Shown here: piece after piece, positions 1 through 10,323 of the stretch
Layout of the letters: each line of letters opens with the position of its first letter
How positions within the stretch are numbered: the stretch's first letter is position 1
Assembly (NCBI GenBank): GCA_963750125.1
Contig: CAVVPT010000010.1
Coordinates: 16,147 to 80,146, forward strand
From: an uncultured Chloroflexia bacterium
GTDB lineage: Bacteria > Chloroflexota > Limnocylindria > Limnocylindrales > CSP1-4
Length of the DNA stretch: 64,000 nt
Direction of reading: 5' to 3'
Notes under the pieces: model-generated
The model's database searches: none
Seen by the model: the letters and a program-made list of their open reading frames with translations, nothing else
Told to the model about the DNA's origin: nothing
Made by a program: the position numbers and the translations under genes

Positions 1-122
1 GCTCCTTCGATCACACTTCCCGGGACGCGGCTGAGGGTATGAGCCTAGGCCGCTGTCAGCAACTTGTCAGGATCGGCGCCCAACATCGCGACAGCTTCGA
101 CCCATCCCGGAGGCCCGTCTTG

Positions 123-968
123 ATGATGCAGTCCCCGCCCGCGCACGATCACCATGAGCACGAGGAGCACGACCGCGGGCTCGTCTACGACCTCGGGACG
201 CTGGACCGGCGGCGCGTCCTGAAGATGCTCGGGTTCGGTGGGCTCAGCGCCGGGCTCTTCACGCTCGTCGGTTGCGGGCCAACTGGAGCGACCGGCAGCA
301 CGAGCGCCGCGGTAGCGGCGACGGACGCGACCGGGGCCAGCTGTGCGCTGGTTCCGGAGGAGACCGCCGGCCCATTCCCGGGCGACGGGTCGAACGGTCC
401 GAACATCCTCGCCCAGAGCGGCGTCGTCCGCAGCGACATCCGCTCGAGCTTCGGCTCGTCGACGACCGTGGCCGAGGGCGTCCCGCTCACGATCCAGCTG
501 ACCGTCCAGGACGCAGAATGCGCACCGCTGGCGGGCGCGGCGGTCTACCTGTGGCACTGCGACCGGGATGGCGACTATTCGATGTACTCCGAGGCGGCAG
601 CCGACGAGAACTACCTGCGCGGTGTCCAGGAGGCCGACGACACGGGTCTCGTCACCTTCAGCAGCATCTTCCCAGCCTGCTACCAGGGCCGCTGGCCGCA
701 TATCCATTTCGAGGTGTACCCGAGTCTCGAGCTGGCGACCGACGAACAGAACAAGATCGCCACGTCGCAGATCGCGCTGCCGCAGGACGCGTGCGAGACC
801 GTGTACGCGACTGCCGGATATGAACAGAGCGTGCGGACGCTCGACCAGGTATCTCTCGACAGCGACATGGTCTTCAGCGACGACGGCGGGGTGCGCCAGC
901 TCGGCACCGTGACCGGCAGCGCGGCGGACGGCTACACGGTGGCGCTCACGGTGGCCGTGGAGGGCTGA
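123..968 (+). CDS. Intradiol ring-cleavage dioxygenase (protocatechuate 3,4-dioxygenase-like), likely a TAT-exported lipoprotein
   Basis: C-terminal HIHFEV / WHCDRDGDY intradiol dioxygenase motifs. Twin-arginine motif DRRRVLKMLGFGG is followed by lipobox LVGC. GGAGG lies ~10 nt upstream of the ATG at 123; the track ORF starts at 39. Confidence 0.75.
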   Translation: MMQSPPAHDHHEHEEHDRGLVYDLGTLDRRRVLKMLGFGGLSAGLFTLVGCGPTGATGSTSAAVAATDATGASCALVPEETAGPFPGDGSNGPNILAQSGVVRSDIRSSFGSSTTVAEGVPLTIQLTVQDAECAPLAGAAVYLWHCDRDGDYSMYSEAAADENYLRGVQEADDTGLVTFSSIFPACYQGRWPHIHFEVYPSLELATDEQNKIATSQIALPQDACETVYATAGYEQSVRTLDQVSLDSDMVFSDDGGVRQLGTVTGSAADGYTVALTVAVEG

Positions 969-1020
969 CCCCGGTCGCAGCCTCAGGTATCGTGTCGGTG
1001 ACCCCTTCGGATCCCGCCAA

Positions 1021-2331
1021 ATGCCCGATCATCGTGCTCTGTCGCGCCGAGGTGCATGGCGCGTCCCGGCCACCGTGCTCCTGTTCGCGTTCGCGGTGCC
1101 CGGCTGCGCACAAGGCGAACGGGTCACCTCGGCCGGACCGACGGTCCCGCCGCTCCCGGCTTCGGCAGCTCCTGCCACGCCCGCACCATCAGAGGACTCC
1201 ATGCCAGCCGCTCCCACGGGGGATTTCTACGCAGTACCGGACACGCTGCCGGCCGGCCCGCCCGGCTCCCCGATCTGGGCGGAGCGAGTCGCCGCACCAC
1301 CGGGCGCGCTCGCCTGGCGGGTCCTCTACCACTCGCGCACCATCCACGACGAGGACATCGCCGTCTCGGGCCTCGTCGTCGCGCCGGACGCAGCGCCGCC
1401 GGCCGGCGGATTTCCGGTGATCGCCTACGCCCACGGAACGACGGGCCTCGCCGATCCGTGCGCTCCCTCGAAAGCGGCACGGCCGCTGTCCGACGCCGAC
1501 GGCGATGGCAACGACGCGTTGGGCGACCTCCCGCTCCCACCGATGTGGGAGGACGGATACGTGGTTGTGGCGACCGATTACGAAGGGCTCGGGACGCCGG
1601 GCCGGCATCCCTACATCGTCGGAGGCAGCGAAGGTCGGGGCGTCCTCGACAGCATCCGCGCCGTCCGCGCGCTCCCCGAGGCGCACGCGGGCGATCAGGC
1701 GGTGGTGGTCGGCATCTCGCAGGGAGGGCATGCGGCCCTCTTCACGGGCGAGCTGGCCGACACGTACGCACCCGACGTCGGCCTGCTCGGGGTCGTGGCC
1801 CTGGCACCCGGTGCCGAGCTCGCGCAGGCTGCCATGTTGCTGCTCGGCGACGAGTCGGTCGTCGGGTTCGCAGTGGCGATCGGCGCCGGGTTCGATGCCG
1901 CCTACCCGGAGGTTCGACTCGAGGACATCCTGACGCCGGAGGCGCTCGCGGCGGTCGATGTGATCGAAACCGGCTGCATCGACGACATCCTCGCGACGTA
2001 CGCAGGACCGGTCGCGGAAACGCTTCAACTCGAGGGCCTCATGCAGCCGCCGTGGCCGGCCCTGCTCGACGAGAACACGCCCGGTCGGGTGAAGACGAGC
2101 ATGCCGATCTTCGTCGGCCAGGGCGAGGCCGACGCCCTCGTCGTCCCCGAACTCACCGATGCGCTCGTCGCGCGGCTGTGCGCGATCGGCGACGAAGTCA
2201 CGTATCGCCGCTACCCCGGGGCCTCGCACGGAGGCGTCGTGGAGTCGAGCCGCGAGGACGTCCTCGACTGGATCGAGGACCGGCTTGCCGGCCGCCCGAC
2301 AGCGACGGCCGGCGGCGACTGCCCCGGCTGA
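1021..2331 (+). CDS. Secreted lipase/esterase (secretory-lipase LIP family, alpha/beta hydrolase), putative lipoprotein
   Basis: Signal peptide with Cys (LLFAFAVPGCAQG). GISQGGHAAL nucleophile-elbow motif. Overall similarity to actinobacterial secretory lipases. Confidence 0.7.
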   Translation: MPDHRALSRRGAWRVPATVLLFAFAVPGCAQGERVTSAGPTVPPLPASAAPATPAPSEDSMPAAPTGDFYAVPDTLPAGPPGSPIWAERVAAPPGALAWRVLYHSRTIHDEDIAVSGLVVAPDAAPPAGGFPVIAYAHGTTGLADPCAPSKAARPLSDADGDGNDALGDLPLPPMWEDGYVVVATDYEGLGTPGRHPYIVGGSEGRGVLDSIRAVRALPEAHAGDQAVVVGISQGGHAALFTGELADTYAPDVGLLGVVALAPGAELAQAAMLLLGDESVVGFAVAIGAGFDAAYPEVRLEDILTPEALAAVDVIETGCIDDILATYAGPVAETLQLEGLMQPPWPALLDENTPGRVKTSMPIFVGQGEADALVVPELTDALVARLCAIGDEVTYRRYPGASHGGVVESSREDVLDWIEDRLAGRPTATAGGDCPG

Positions 2332-2334
2332 GCG

Positions 2335-4813
2335 TCAGCCGACCGACGGGTTCGGGGCGAGCGAGCCGCTGGTCCGTGGGCGCCGGCGGCGCGCCGGCTG
2401 CTTGCCCGCAACGGGGTCACTCGGCGCCGGTTCGGCGGGTGCGGTCTGTCGGACGATCGGGTCGCTGACCTGCGTTCGGAACTGTGCACCGGCGAGCGGG
2501 CGGCTGAACAGGTAGCCCTGGCCGTACGCGCAGCCGAGCGAACGCATGCGCTCGGCCTGCTCGACCGTCTCGATGCCTTCGGCCACGGCCTGGATGTCGA
2601 GCGAGCCCCCGAGCGCCACGATGGCGCCGGCCAGCGCCGACGAGCGGTCGCCGGCATCGGCACCCTGGACGAACTCGCTGGCGATCTTGAGCACATCGAC
2701 CGGGAACTGGCGGAGATGGCTCAGCGAGAAGTAGCCGGTGCCGAAGTCGTCGATGGAGATCCGGACGCCGAGCTCGCGCAGCTCGTCGAGCGTGGCGACC
2801 GTCGCCGGGGTTGCCCGCAGGAGAGCAGTCTCCGTGATCTCGAGGACGAGCCGCTTCGGATCGATGCCGGATTCGCCGAGCGTCTCCTTCACACCTTCGA
2901 CGAAATCTGCGTGCTGGACCTCACGGGCGGAGACGTTGACGCTGAGGAACAGGTCGTCAGGTACCGCGCCATCGCGCTGCCACGCCCCTGTCTGCCGGCA
3001 GGCCTCGCGGAGGACCCAGCGACCGATCGGCAGGATCGCGCCGTTCTCCTCGGCGATCTCGATGAACTTTCCCGGCGGGATCGTGCCGCGTGTCGGGTGG
3101 TCCCAGCGGACCAGCGCCTCGGCGCCGGCCATCCGGCGCGTCTCGAGCTCGACGATGGGCTGGTAGACGAGCCGAAGCTGGTCGAGTTCGACCGCCAGCT
3201 GCAAGTCTCCGGCGAGCTCATGGCGGTCGCGGATGGCGGCGTGCATGCCGGGGTCGAAGACCGCGAAGGCGGCCTTGCCATTGGCCTTGGCCATGTACAT
3301 CGCCACGTCGGCATTGCGCACGAGGTCGCGCGCACCATCGACCGCGTCGCGGGCACTCGCAACGCCGATGCTCGCGCTGACGTGGACGGGCTTCCCGTCG
3401 ATCATGTATGGCGCACGCAGCTCGCGCACGAGACGATCGGCCATGGCGCGGGCCCGGGCCAGGTCGGGCTGGTCCACGGTGAGGACGGCGAACTCGTCGC
3501 CGCCGAGGCGGGCCACGAGGTCGTTTCCACGGACGAGGCTGGAGATCCGTTCCGTGACGGCGACGAGAAGGGCGTCGCCGGTCGCGTGACCGAGCGTGTC
3601 GTTGACGACCTTGAAGTCGTCGAGGTCGATGAAGAGCACGGCGCTGACGGTGTCCGCGAGGTGCGGCGCAGCGTGCGGATCGAGCACCCGCTCGAGGCTC
3701 AGCTGGAACATGCGGCGGTTCGCCGCCCCGGTGAGCGAGTCACGCTCGGCGAGGTCCTGGACGTGCCGCAGGAGCACCGCATTGCGCAGGTTGAGTGCGG
3801 CGATCGCGCCGAGCTGGCCGACCACCGACACGACGCGTCGTTCGATGCCGAGCGAGCGCCGTCGCCCGTACTCGAGGACGATCGCGCCGACCGCGCGGCC
3901 GTCGGCGAGCATGGGCGAGACGAGCACGTTCCGGGCATCCGGCAGCACCGACGCGAGGAACGGGTTCGCCGCCCCGTCCAGCCGACGGACCGGCAGCGGA
4001 TGGCGCTCGTCCCAGGAGCGGGTCACGATGGCGTCCGGGTCGACAAGGGTCGTTGGGGCATCGTCGACGCCGTGCGACGCAAGCACCAGGAGCTGGCCCT
4101 CGGAGGCCCCCAGGATGAGGCCGCGGACGAACCCGAAGCGGTCGATGAGGCCGTCGAGGACGATCCTGGATTGGACGACGGGATCGCGAGCCTCGTCGAG
4201 GCGAGCGCCGATGTCGACCATCGCCTGCAGGTCGCCCCGCCGCTGGCGGAGCTCACGCTCGTTGATCGCCGAGAAGACTGATGTGGCCAGCGCGAAGAGC
4301 CAGAACGAGGTCACGCTCAGGAGGGGCATGCGCTCGAACTCGATCTCGCGTCCGGGAACGACGTCCACCGGCGGCAGGAGATGCGCCGCTTGCGCGTACA
4401 GGACGACGAACAGCAGCAGCGAGTGCCACAGGGCGATCTTGAGGCCGGTCCGATACGACGCCAGGAGCGACACGGCGACGAGGTGCAGGTAGATGAAGAA
4501 GCGGAATGGGCTCTCGGGTTCCCCCGGTCACGTACATCGCCGTTGCCAGGAAGGCACCGTCGATCAGGAGCATGACCGTGAGGAGGCTGTAGTTGAAGCG
4601 CGTGGAACGTCGCCGGGCGGCCTCGAAGACGATCGAGATCGCGGCGTAGCCGACCACCACCGAGGCGACCGTGCCGTACGGCACACCCAGGGCCTCGGGC
4701 CTGATCGCCCCGCCGATCAGCGTGACGACTGCGACGGCGATGCGGATCCCGAAGAGGTAGCCCATACGGTCGTTGAGGGACGCGTGGTCATCGCGGTCCT
4801 GCGGCACGTTCAC
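2335..4813 (-). CDS. Membrane-sensor GGDEF-EAL protein (diguanylate cyclase/phosphodiesterase); reading frame broken by an apparent 1-nt insertion near 4521-4525
   Basis: The 712-aa ORF 2335..4473 carries RLGGDEF (GGDEF) and [10 protein letters not shown]...EALVRWDHP (EAL) domains. Upstream ORF 4253..4813 encodes ~95 aa of TM helices and then turns into Arg/Pro garbage. Removing one C from the C5 run (4521-4525) joins both into one continuous multi-TM N-terminal sensor (..[29 protein letters not shown]..). Confidence 0.8.
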
Positions 4814-6090
4814 GGAGCACCTTCCTCTTCGAACTGGACGAGGGTTTCGCCGGCGGTGCGCGGTGCGTTGCGCAGCTTCGGGTCGCGGCCGTCGATGCGC
4901 GGCTGCACGACCAGGAAGAAGAGCACGGCCAGCATCAGGATCAACGGGAAGGCGAAGCTCGCGGCGACCGCGGCCGCGGCGGCCGGCTTGACGATGATCG
5001 CGGCCTGGTCGGCGGCTGCATCAGCGACATAACTGAGCATCCCGCCGAGGTCCACGGGGCCGCCGCCCGTGGGCAGGCCGGGTGTCTCTGCGCCGGTCCG
5101 GTCGAGCGAACCCGAACCTCCGGGCGTGGCCGGACCAGTTGAGGAGCCCAGACCGACGATCGGGCTCGGCGTCGGCGTCGGTGTCGGCGTCGGTGTCGGC
5201 GTCGGTGACTGAGCAGGGGTCGGGGAAGGCGTGGGCTCCGGCGTTTGATCGGGCGTCGGGTCCGGCGTCGGCGTCGGATTCGGCGTCGGCGTCGGATCGG
5301 GCGTTGGGGATTGCGTGGGCGTAGGCGTCGGCGTCGGGGTTGGAGTTGGAGTTGGCGTGGGCGTTGGAGTTGGAGTTGGAGTTGGCGTGGGCGTTGGAGT
5401 TGGAGTTGGCGTGGGCGTGGGCGTGGAGGTAGGCGTCGGCGTTGGATCCGGGGTTGGGTTCGGCGTCGGATCCGGGGTGGGCGTGGGGGTCGGTTCGGGG
5501 GTAGGCGTCGGCGTTGGATCCGGGGTTGGGGTCGGCGTGGGATCCGGCGTGGGCGTGGGGGTGGGTTCGGGCGTCGGCGTCGGCGTTGGATCCGGGGTTG
5601 GCGTGGGAGTCGGTTCAGGCGTCGGCGACACAATCCGCCGGACGGTGTCGTCCCCGTTGTCGAGCTCGGGATCGTTCCACGACTCGGTGCACTGATTCCG
5701 CGACCCGCCGATCGACGCACAGATCAGGTCGGTACCGCTGCTGGATGCGACATAGCTGACGCTGCATTGACCGTCCGCCGCCGTGGTGCAGTCCAGGTCG
5801 GTGCTGCCGCCAGGGCTGTGGGGATCATTCGGGCCGCTCAACCACCACAGCTTTACGCGCGACCCGCCGGCGTACGGCTGGCCATCCTCGTCATACACCG
5901 TGGCCGTGAGGACGACGGTGCTTCCGGCGCTGACGTCGGCCGTTTCGGCCTCGACGTCAAGGAATGTGGCCTTCGGGTTGGCTGCCATGGCATGCATCGC
6001 GAGTGGCGCCGGCATCAACGTCAGGACGGAACCGAGGAGCGCCGAAAGGACGACAGTCCGCCCCCGGCTCGCTCGCGACATCTCCTTCAT
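4810..6090 (-). CDS. Secreted cell-surface protein with a long Pro-Thr repeat linker and a C-terminal LPTGG-like motif plus hydrophobic anchor
   Basis: Signal peptide begins at [34 protein letters not shown]. ~160 aa of [14 protein letters not shown] repeats. C-terminal ..GLPTGGG..(~35 aa)..[38 protein letters not shown]. The track ORF extends to 6156. Confidence 0.7.
   Translation of the reverse strand: MKEMSRASRGRTVVLSALLGSVLTLMPAPLAMHAMAANPKATFLDVEAETADVSAGSTVVLTATVYDEDGQPYAGGSRVKLWWLSGPNDPHSPGGSTDLDCTTAADGQCSVSYVASSSGTDLICASIGGSRNQCTESWNDPELDNGDDTVRRIVSPTPEPTPTPTPDPTPTPTPEPTPTPTPDPTPTPTPDPTPTPTPEPTPTPTPDPTPNPTPDPTPTPTSTPTPTPTPTPTPTPTPTPTPTPTPTPTPTPTPTPTPTQSPTPDPTPTPNPTPTPDPTPDQTPEPTPSPTPAQSPTPTPTPTPTPTPSPIVGLGSSTGPATPGGSGSLDRTGAETPGLPTGGGPVDLGGMLSYVADAAADQAAIIVKPAAAAAVAASFAFPLILMLAVLFFLVVQPRIDGRDPKLRNAPRTAGETLVQFEEEGAP
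5136..5625. repeat. Near-perfect tandem DNA repeats (6/18/36-nt periodicity, ggcgtcggcgtcggtgtc-type) encoding the Pro-Thr linker of the surface protein
   Basis: Visible tandem periodicity in the sequence. All three alternative frames are open (PT repeats on minus; GVGV and RRRR on the other frames). Confidence 0.85.
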
Positions 6091-6405
6091 CCCCGGACCT
6101 CTCGTACGTCCCACGAAGCCCAACAGCGGGCCCAACGATCTGAGTGGCTGCGCCACCCCCGGATGGCGCGAGCAATGAATACGGCACTAGCCGTAGCCCA
6201 CTCCACTGCTCGTTGGTCGCCTCTATGCCTATGTGCACGCGCGCACCTCGGTGGGGCGCGGCGGCACCGGCCACTCGAGTACCACGTGAGACTTGGTACG
6301 AATTCGGGGCCCATGCCCGACGGAGACAGCACGAAACCATCCGGGACCGATCCGATCCAACCCAACGGCTGACCGCGTATCAGGGTCGGGGCGAGGGTGA
6401 TCCCG

Positions 6406-7635
6406 TCAGAAGAACGTCGAGCACCATGGCTCGTCGGACGTTCGCAGCAGCGCCTCGACCGTCGCGAGCGCACCATTCCGGTGCTCCTGGACACCGTGGG
6501 CACGGATCGCGTCGCGCAACCGCGTCCCACCCAGGTAGGCTGCACCGAGTGCCGCAATGTCGAGCGTAAGATCAGGGTTCCGGTCGGTGGCCCGGCACGA
6601 TGTGCCAGCGGGACTGGCATCGAGGTCGACCCGGATGCGGCCGGACGGCGCCTCGGCGTCAATGACCTCCAGGACGACTCGTGCCTCCCGGTCGTACGTC
6701 CGCGCTTCGAGCGCACGGGGAACATCGAAGATGCGGACCCACACCCCATCGCCGACGTCCGACACGACGGCCGCGCGACCATTCGTGAGCAACCATGGCA
6801 GCGAGTCGGACGGGCTGCGCCGTGAGGCCTTGACAGTGGCGACCCAGTCGACCTCGGCGAGGAACTGCCACAACGCCGTGCGGGCGTTCTCGGTCAGGCC
6901 GTGGAGCTCGTCCACCTGCAGGGTGTTGCGTGGCTGGCGCTGCTCCCAACGCTCCTCGGCGCGGTAGCGCGCATAGCCGTCCACCTCCCCGGCGCCGTTC
7001 CGGTGGAGGGCCAGGAATCCGCTCCACTTCGAACCCCAGAACTCGTCGCGCAACCCGAGCTCGAAGTCCCAGGTATGTTCGCGTCGTCGGATCTCGCCGA
7101 CCTGCCGGCCTCGCCACGCATCGAAGACGCTGCGAATGGCAGCGCGCGTTTCCTCGCCCGGTGTCACCAGCTCCACCGAGCCCTCAGGCGCCGCGTGGAA
7201 GGTCGTTCGCTCGGCATCCAGCGTCCATGTCGCCTCGCGGCAGGCAGGCCCGTAGCCGAAGCGTCCGTAGATCCGGTACTCCGACGCGTACAACAGGCCG
7301 AAGACCTGGCCCTGCTCGCGGATCGCCGCGTGCTCGGTCGCAGCCATTGAGCGGAGCACGCCACGCCGGCGATGCGTCGGTAGCACCGTGACGCCCGACA
7401 CGCCTGCGGCAGGAAGGCAGGCCAGACCTGGAACGGTGATCTCGGTCGGCCAGCTGCGGAACGTGCCGCAGATCTGCCCGTCGACGATTGCGGCCCAGGT
7501 TCGGCCGCTTTCCCACAGCGGCCAGATCTCACCGGCGACCCGCTCGACATCCGGTCGGTGGAGGAACCCGGTACTGAGAGCTTCGACGTACGAGGCGGCC
7601 TCGTCCTCGCGGACCGGGCGAATCTCCAGGGCCAT
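6406..7635 (-). CDS. eis: GNAT family N-acetyltransferase of the Eis type (GNAT N-domain plus SCP2-like C-terminal domain)
   Basis: MALEIRPVREDEAASYVEAL...HRRRGVLRSM (acetyl-CoA binding). ~410 aa and Eis-like domain order. Track ORF 6406..8070 carries a spurious Arg-rich N-terminal extension; internal ATG at 7635. Confidence 0.75.
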   Translation of the reverse strand: MALEIRPVREDEAASYVEALSTGFLHRPDVERVAGEIWPLWESGRTWAAIVDGQICGTFRSWPTEITVPGLACLPAAGVSGVTVLPTHRRRGVLRSMAATEHAAIREQGQVFGLLYASEYRIYGRFGYGPACREATWTLDAERTTFHAAPEGSVELVTPGEETRAAIRSVFDAWRGRQVGEIRRREHTWDFELGLRDEFWGSKWSGFLALHRNGAGEVDGYARYRAEERWEQRQPRNTLQVDELHGLTENARTALWQFLAEVDWVATVKASRRSPSDSLPWLLTNGRAAVVSDVGDGVWVRIFDVPRALEARTYDREARVVLEVIDAEAPSGRIRVDLDASPAGTSCRATDRNPDLTLDIAALGAAYLGGTRLRDAIRAHGVQEHRNGALATVEALLRTSDEPWCSTFF

Positions 7636-7703
7636 CAAGCGGACGATAGCATCGGACCGCCGGTGCGGTCCGATACGAGCGCCGGGCGAGCGCGCGGCGG
7701 CTC

Positions 7704-9083
7704 CTAGGCCGCGAAGACGTCCTTCGGCTCGCCGATCTCGATCGGGTTGTTGACGGGGTCCGCGCTCCACTCGAACCAGCCCCCGTCGTAGACGGCTGCG
7801 CGCGGCCAGTCCTGGAGGTAGGCGTAGAACCACGTCTCGCTGGCCCGCCAGCCGGTGCCGCAGTAGAACGCGACCCACTTCTCGGGGACGATCCCGGCCT
7901 CCGCCCAGTTGGCGGTGATCTCTGGATACGGCCGCATCGTGTTGTCGATGTTCCGGTAGTGCTGCATGTGGTACGCGTCGGAGCCGCAATTGCCCCACAC
8001 GTCGCCCTTGATCCGCCCGGCCGGGCCGATGTAGTTGTAGCCGCTTACCGCGCCGATGTGCTCGCGCCACGTCCGGATGCTGACAAGTGCCGCGCCGTCG
8101 TGGTCGGCCAGGATCTGCTTTGCCTCGCCGATGTCGAGGATCAGCTCCGGGCGGACCGGGATCGCCGCGCCGAACTCGGGTACCGATACTGGCTGGCGTG
8201 GCGTCGTCTCGACCGGGTTGCCTTCACGGACCCACCAGTCGTACCCGCCATCGAGCAGGCGCACGTCATCGACGCCTGCGTAGCGCAGGATCAGGGCGGC
8301 TCGGGTGGCGGCGATCTGCCCCGCCCGGCGCCCCGGCCACTTCTCGTTCGCGTCGCCCTCCGTATCGCGGCCGTAGAGGATCACGGTCGTATCGGCCGTG
8401 ATCCCGAGCGACCGCAGCGCATGGTCAAGCTCGGCGGGCGTCCGCCGGTTCCAGTCGGCCGGCGACTCGAGCCAGTTCGTGTCGAGGAAGTGGGCGCCGG
8501 GGATGTGACCGTCGGCGTACTCCTCGGGGACCCCAAAGTTGACGTGGAATAGCACGTGGCGGGTCGCCGGGGCCGCCTCGGGCCGTTCCCCCGCGAGCAC
8601 GGCACGCAACCAGTCAATGTGCACCAGCTTGTCGTAGTTCGGCAGGGCCTCGAGCGGCAGGCCCTCGTCTACCGCCCACGCGGGCCAGCCAGCGTCATAG
8701 GTGCGCACGTCTTCGACGCCGCTTGCAAGCAGGTGACTTGCGAGCGGGACCGCTTCGTCCGGCCCGTTGCCATAGATCACGATCGAGCGACCCGGCTCGA
8801 CGCCCTTCGAACGAAGGAGGCGCTCGATCTCGGGTGCGTCGATGGATCGCAACCAATCGGCGGGGAAGGCCACGGCCCCAGGGATGTGGCCGCCTCGGGG
8901 CTCGCCACGCAGGCGCCAGCCATTGAACGCGGCCAGCGGACGCACGTCGACGATCGTCAGCTCCGGGTCGCCCAGGCTGCCGCGAAGTTCCTCGGTCGAG
9001 ATTGCCAGGCCGGTCCCCTCCTGGACGATATGGAGTGTTGTCATCGCTCGGATCCCTTCCAGTGTCGCGTCGCAGTCAAACAA
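7704..9083 (-). CDS. Multi-domain rhodanese-like sulfurtransferase
   Basis: Three rhodanese repeats (GGHIPGAVAFP, DGHIPGAHFLD). C-terminal catalytic loop CGTGWRAS followed by GGWFEW. The start may instead be the internal MTTLHIV (~9044). Confidence 0.8.
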   Translation of the reverse strand: MFDCDATLEGIRAMTTLHIVQEGTGLAISTEELRGSLGDPELTIVDVRPLAAFNGWRLRGEPRGGHIPGAVAFPADWLRSIDAPEIERLLRSKGVEPGRSIVIYGNGPDEAVPLASHLLASGVEDVRTYDAGWPAWAVDEGLPLEALPNYDKLVHIDWLRAVLAGERPEAAPATRHVLFHVNFGVPEEYADGHIPGAHFLDTNWLESPADWNRRTPAELDHALRSLGITADTTVILYGRDTEGDANEKWPGRRAGQIAATRAALILRYAGVDDVRLLDGGYDWWVREGNPVETTPRQPVSVPEFGAAIPVRPELILDIGEAKQILADHDGAALVSIRTWREHIGAVSGYNYIGPAGRIKGDVWGNCGSDAYHMQHYRNIDNTMRPYPEITANWAEAGIVPEKWVAFYCGTGWRASETWFYAYLQDWPRAAVYDGGWFEWSADPVNNPIEIGEPKDVFAA

Positions 9084-9498
9084 AAACCCCGCTCGGACGG
9101 AGCAGGGATGACGGTGGGTGCTGCGCGGATCGTCAGGCGCGTTCCGCGCTCATGGACACCATTTGCCCTGCTCGGCAGCGGCGCAACACGAACAGCTGAA
9201 GCGGATGCCTGTCGCGTGATCCATCTGGCGCGGCATTGTGCCACTTTGAACCCCGATAAGCAAGGTAGCACTTGCGCTGATCCCGGGTCGATCGTGCTCG
9301 TGATCCACGATTCAGCGGTCGGGCAGGCGTGCGACCGCATCGTGAGGGTGCGGGACTGGCGGATCGGCACATTCGACGCGGTGGCGCATGTCAGCATGCC
9401 CAGATCATGTTGCCGACCGGGGATCGTTCGGAACTCCAGCCCGTCGGATAGACAATCGCAAGCACCACGAGGCCATCCTTGCGAGAAGGAGGCCACGA

Positions 9499-9891
9499 AT
9501 GCCACACGCGATCGGCACGTTCGAGATCACGGGGATACACGAAGACCCCTGGCATCAGGACGACGATGAGCCGCGCCTCACGCGGGCCGGTGGCACGCAG
9601 CGGTTCAGCGGCGACATCCAGGGTGACGGCGTGGTCGAGTGGGTCGCCTGTTACGGCAACGTCGGCGCGCGGCTCGTTGGCTTGCAGCACATCCACGGGA
9701 CGATCGACGGGCACCGTGGCGCGTTCGTGATCGAGGCAACGTCCGACCATGATGGCAAGCAGTCATCCGGAACGTGGAAGGTCGTCGGTGGCAGCGGCAG
9801 CGGCGAGCTTGCCGGGATCGCAGGAAGCGGCGGCTTCGAGGCCGCCGGCGGCCGGTCCGTCAGCTACCGACTCGACTACGAGCTCCGCTGA
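9499..9891 (+). CDS. Small hypothetical protein (DUF3224-like)
   Basis: GGAGG-ATG start at 9499 (MPHAIGTFEITGIHEDPW...). Conserved-looking small beta-rich protein. The annotated upstream extension is Arg-rich. Confidence 0.5.
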   Translation: MPHAIGTFEITGIHEDPWHQDDDEPRLTRAGGTQRFSGDIQGDGVVEWVACYGNVGARLVGLQHIHGTIDGHRGAFVIEATSDHDGKQSSGTWKVVGGSGSGELAGIAGSGGFEAAGGRSVSYRLDYELR

Positions 9892-9980
9892 CGCCCCGAT
9901 CCGGCGGTTTCCCATTCGGGTCGGGCGCCGGTCGCGACCCATCCTCGCTCTTTTCGGCGTCCGCGCCGGTCAACGCGTAC

Positions 9981-10304
9981 GTGGATCTGGGCAAAGACCT
10001 GGATGCCCGGTTCGGGTTCTTCGGCGTGAAGACGCCCGTGGGCAACCTTGCAGGCTGGCGGATCGAGGGTCCATGGCATTGGATCACCGCGATCGGCGTG
10101 CGCCGCAGTTTTCGCCACGGCGACATCTCGTTCGACGGGACGCACACCGGTGGCGTGCGGCTCGACTTCCACGAGCCAATCCCCTTCGGGCCGTTCCGCC
10201 AGACTGCCCTCTACGTGACGGTCGAGGATCTTGAGGGCTTCGCCGCGGCGCTTGCCGCACTTGGGATCTCCGGCGCCGACGCGCGGACCGGCCCGACGCA
10301 CTGA
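9981..10304 (+). CDS. Small hypothetical protein (possibly VOC/glyoxalase-like); start uncertain
   Basis: Protein-like composition (..DLGKDLDARFGFFGVKTPVGNLAGWRIEGPWHWITAIG..YVTVEDLEGFAAALAALGI). Its 5' part overlaps the previous gene, so the real start must be internal; GTG at ~9981 is a guess. Confidence 0.3.
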   Translation: MDLGKDLDARFGFFGVKTPVGNLAGWRIEGPWHWITAIGVRRSFRHGDISFDGTHTGGVRLDFHEPIPFGPFRQTALYVTVEDLEGFAAALAALGISGADARTGPTH

Positions 10305-10323
10305 GGCGGTGGCCCCGCGGCGG

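Noticed and set aside
2325-2342. Palindrome cggcTGAgcgTCAgccg containing both convergent stop codons (lipase and GGDEF-EAL), considered as a bidirectional terminator
   Set aside because: The stem is only 6-7 bp with no flanking T tracts on either strand, so it is more likely coincidental.
2716-4281. 521-aa + strand ORF
   Set aside because: It is antisense to the GGDEF-EAL gene, with an Asp/Arg/Gly-rich translation and no domain.
4941-6372. ORFs 5245..6372 (+), 5315..5695 (+, GVGV repeats), 4941..5720 (-, RRRP repeats)
   Set aside because: They are alternative-frame images of the Pro-Thr tandem repeat of the surface-protein gene. They are not separate genes and not a CRISPR-like array, because the units are contiguous with no spacers.
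6406-8070. 554-aa version of the GNAT protein
   Set aside because: The N-terminal 145 codons are Arg/Gly-rich and lie upstream of a clean ATG (7635) that starts the recognisable Eis-like protein. This is an open-frame extension, not coding.
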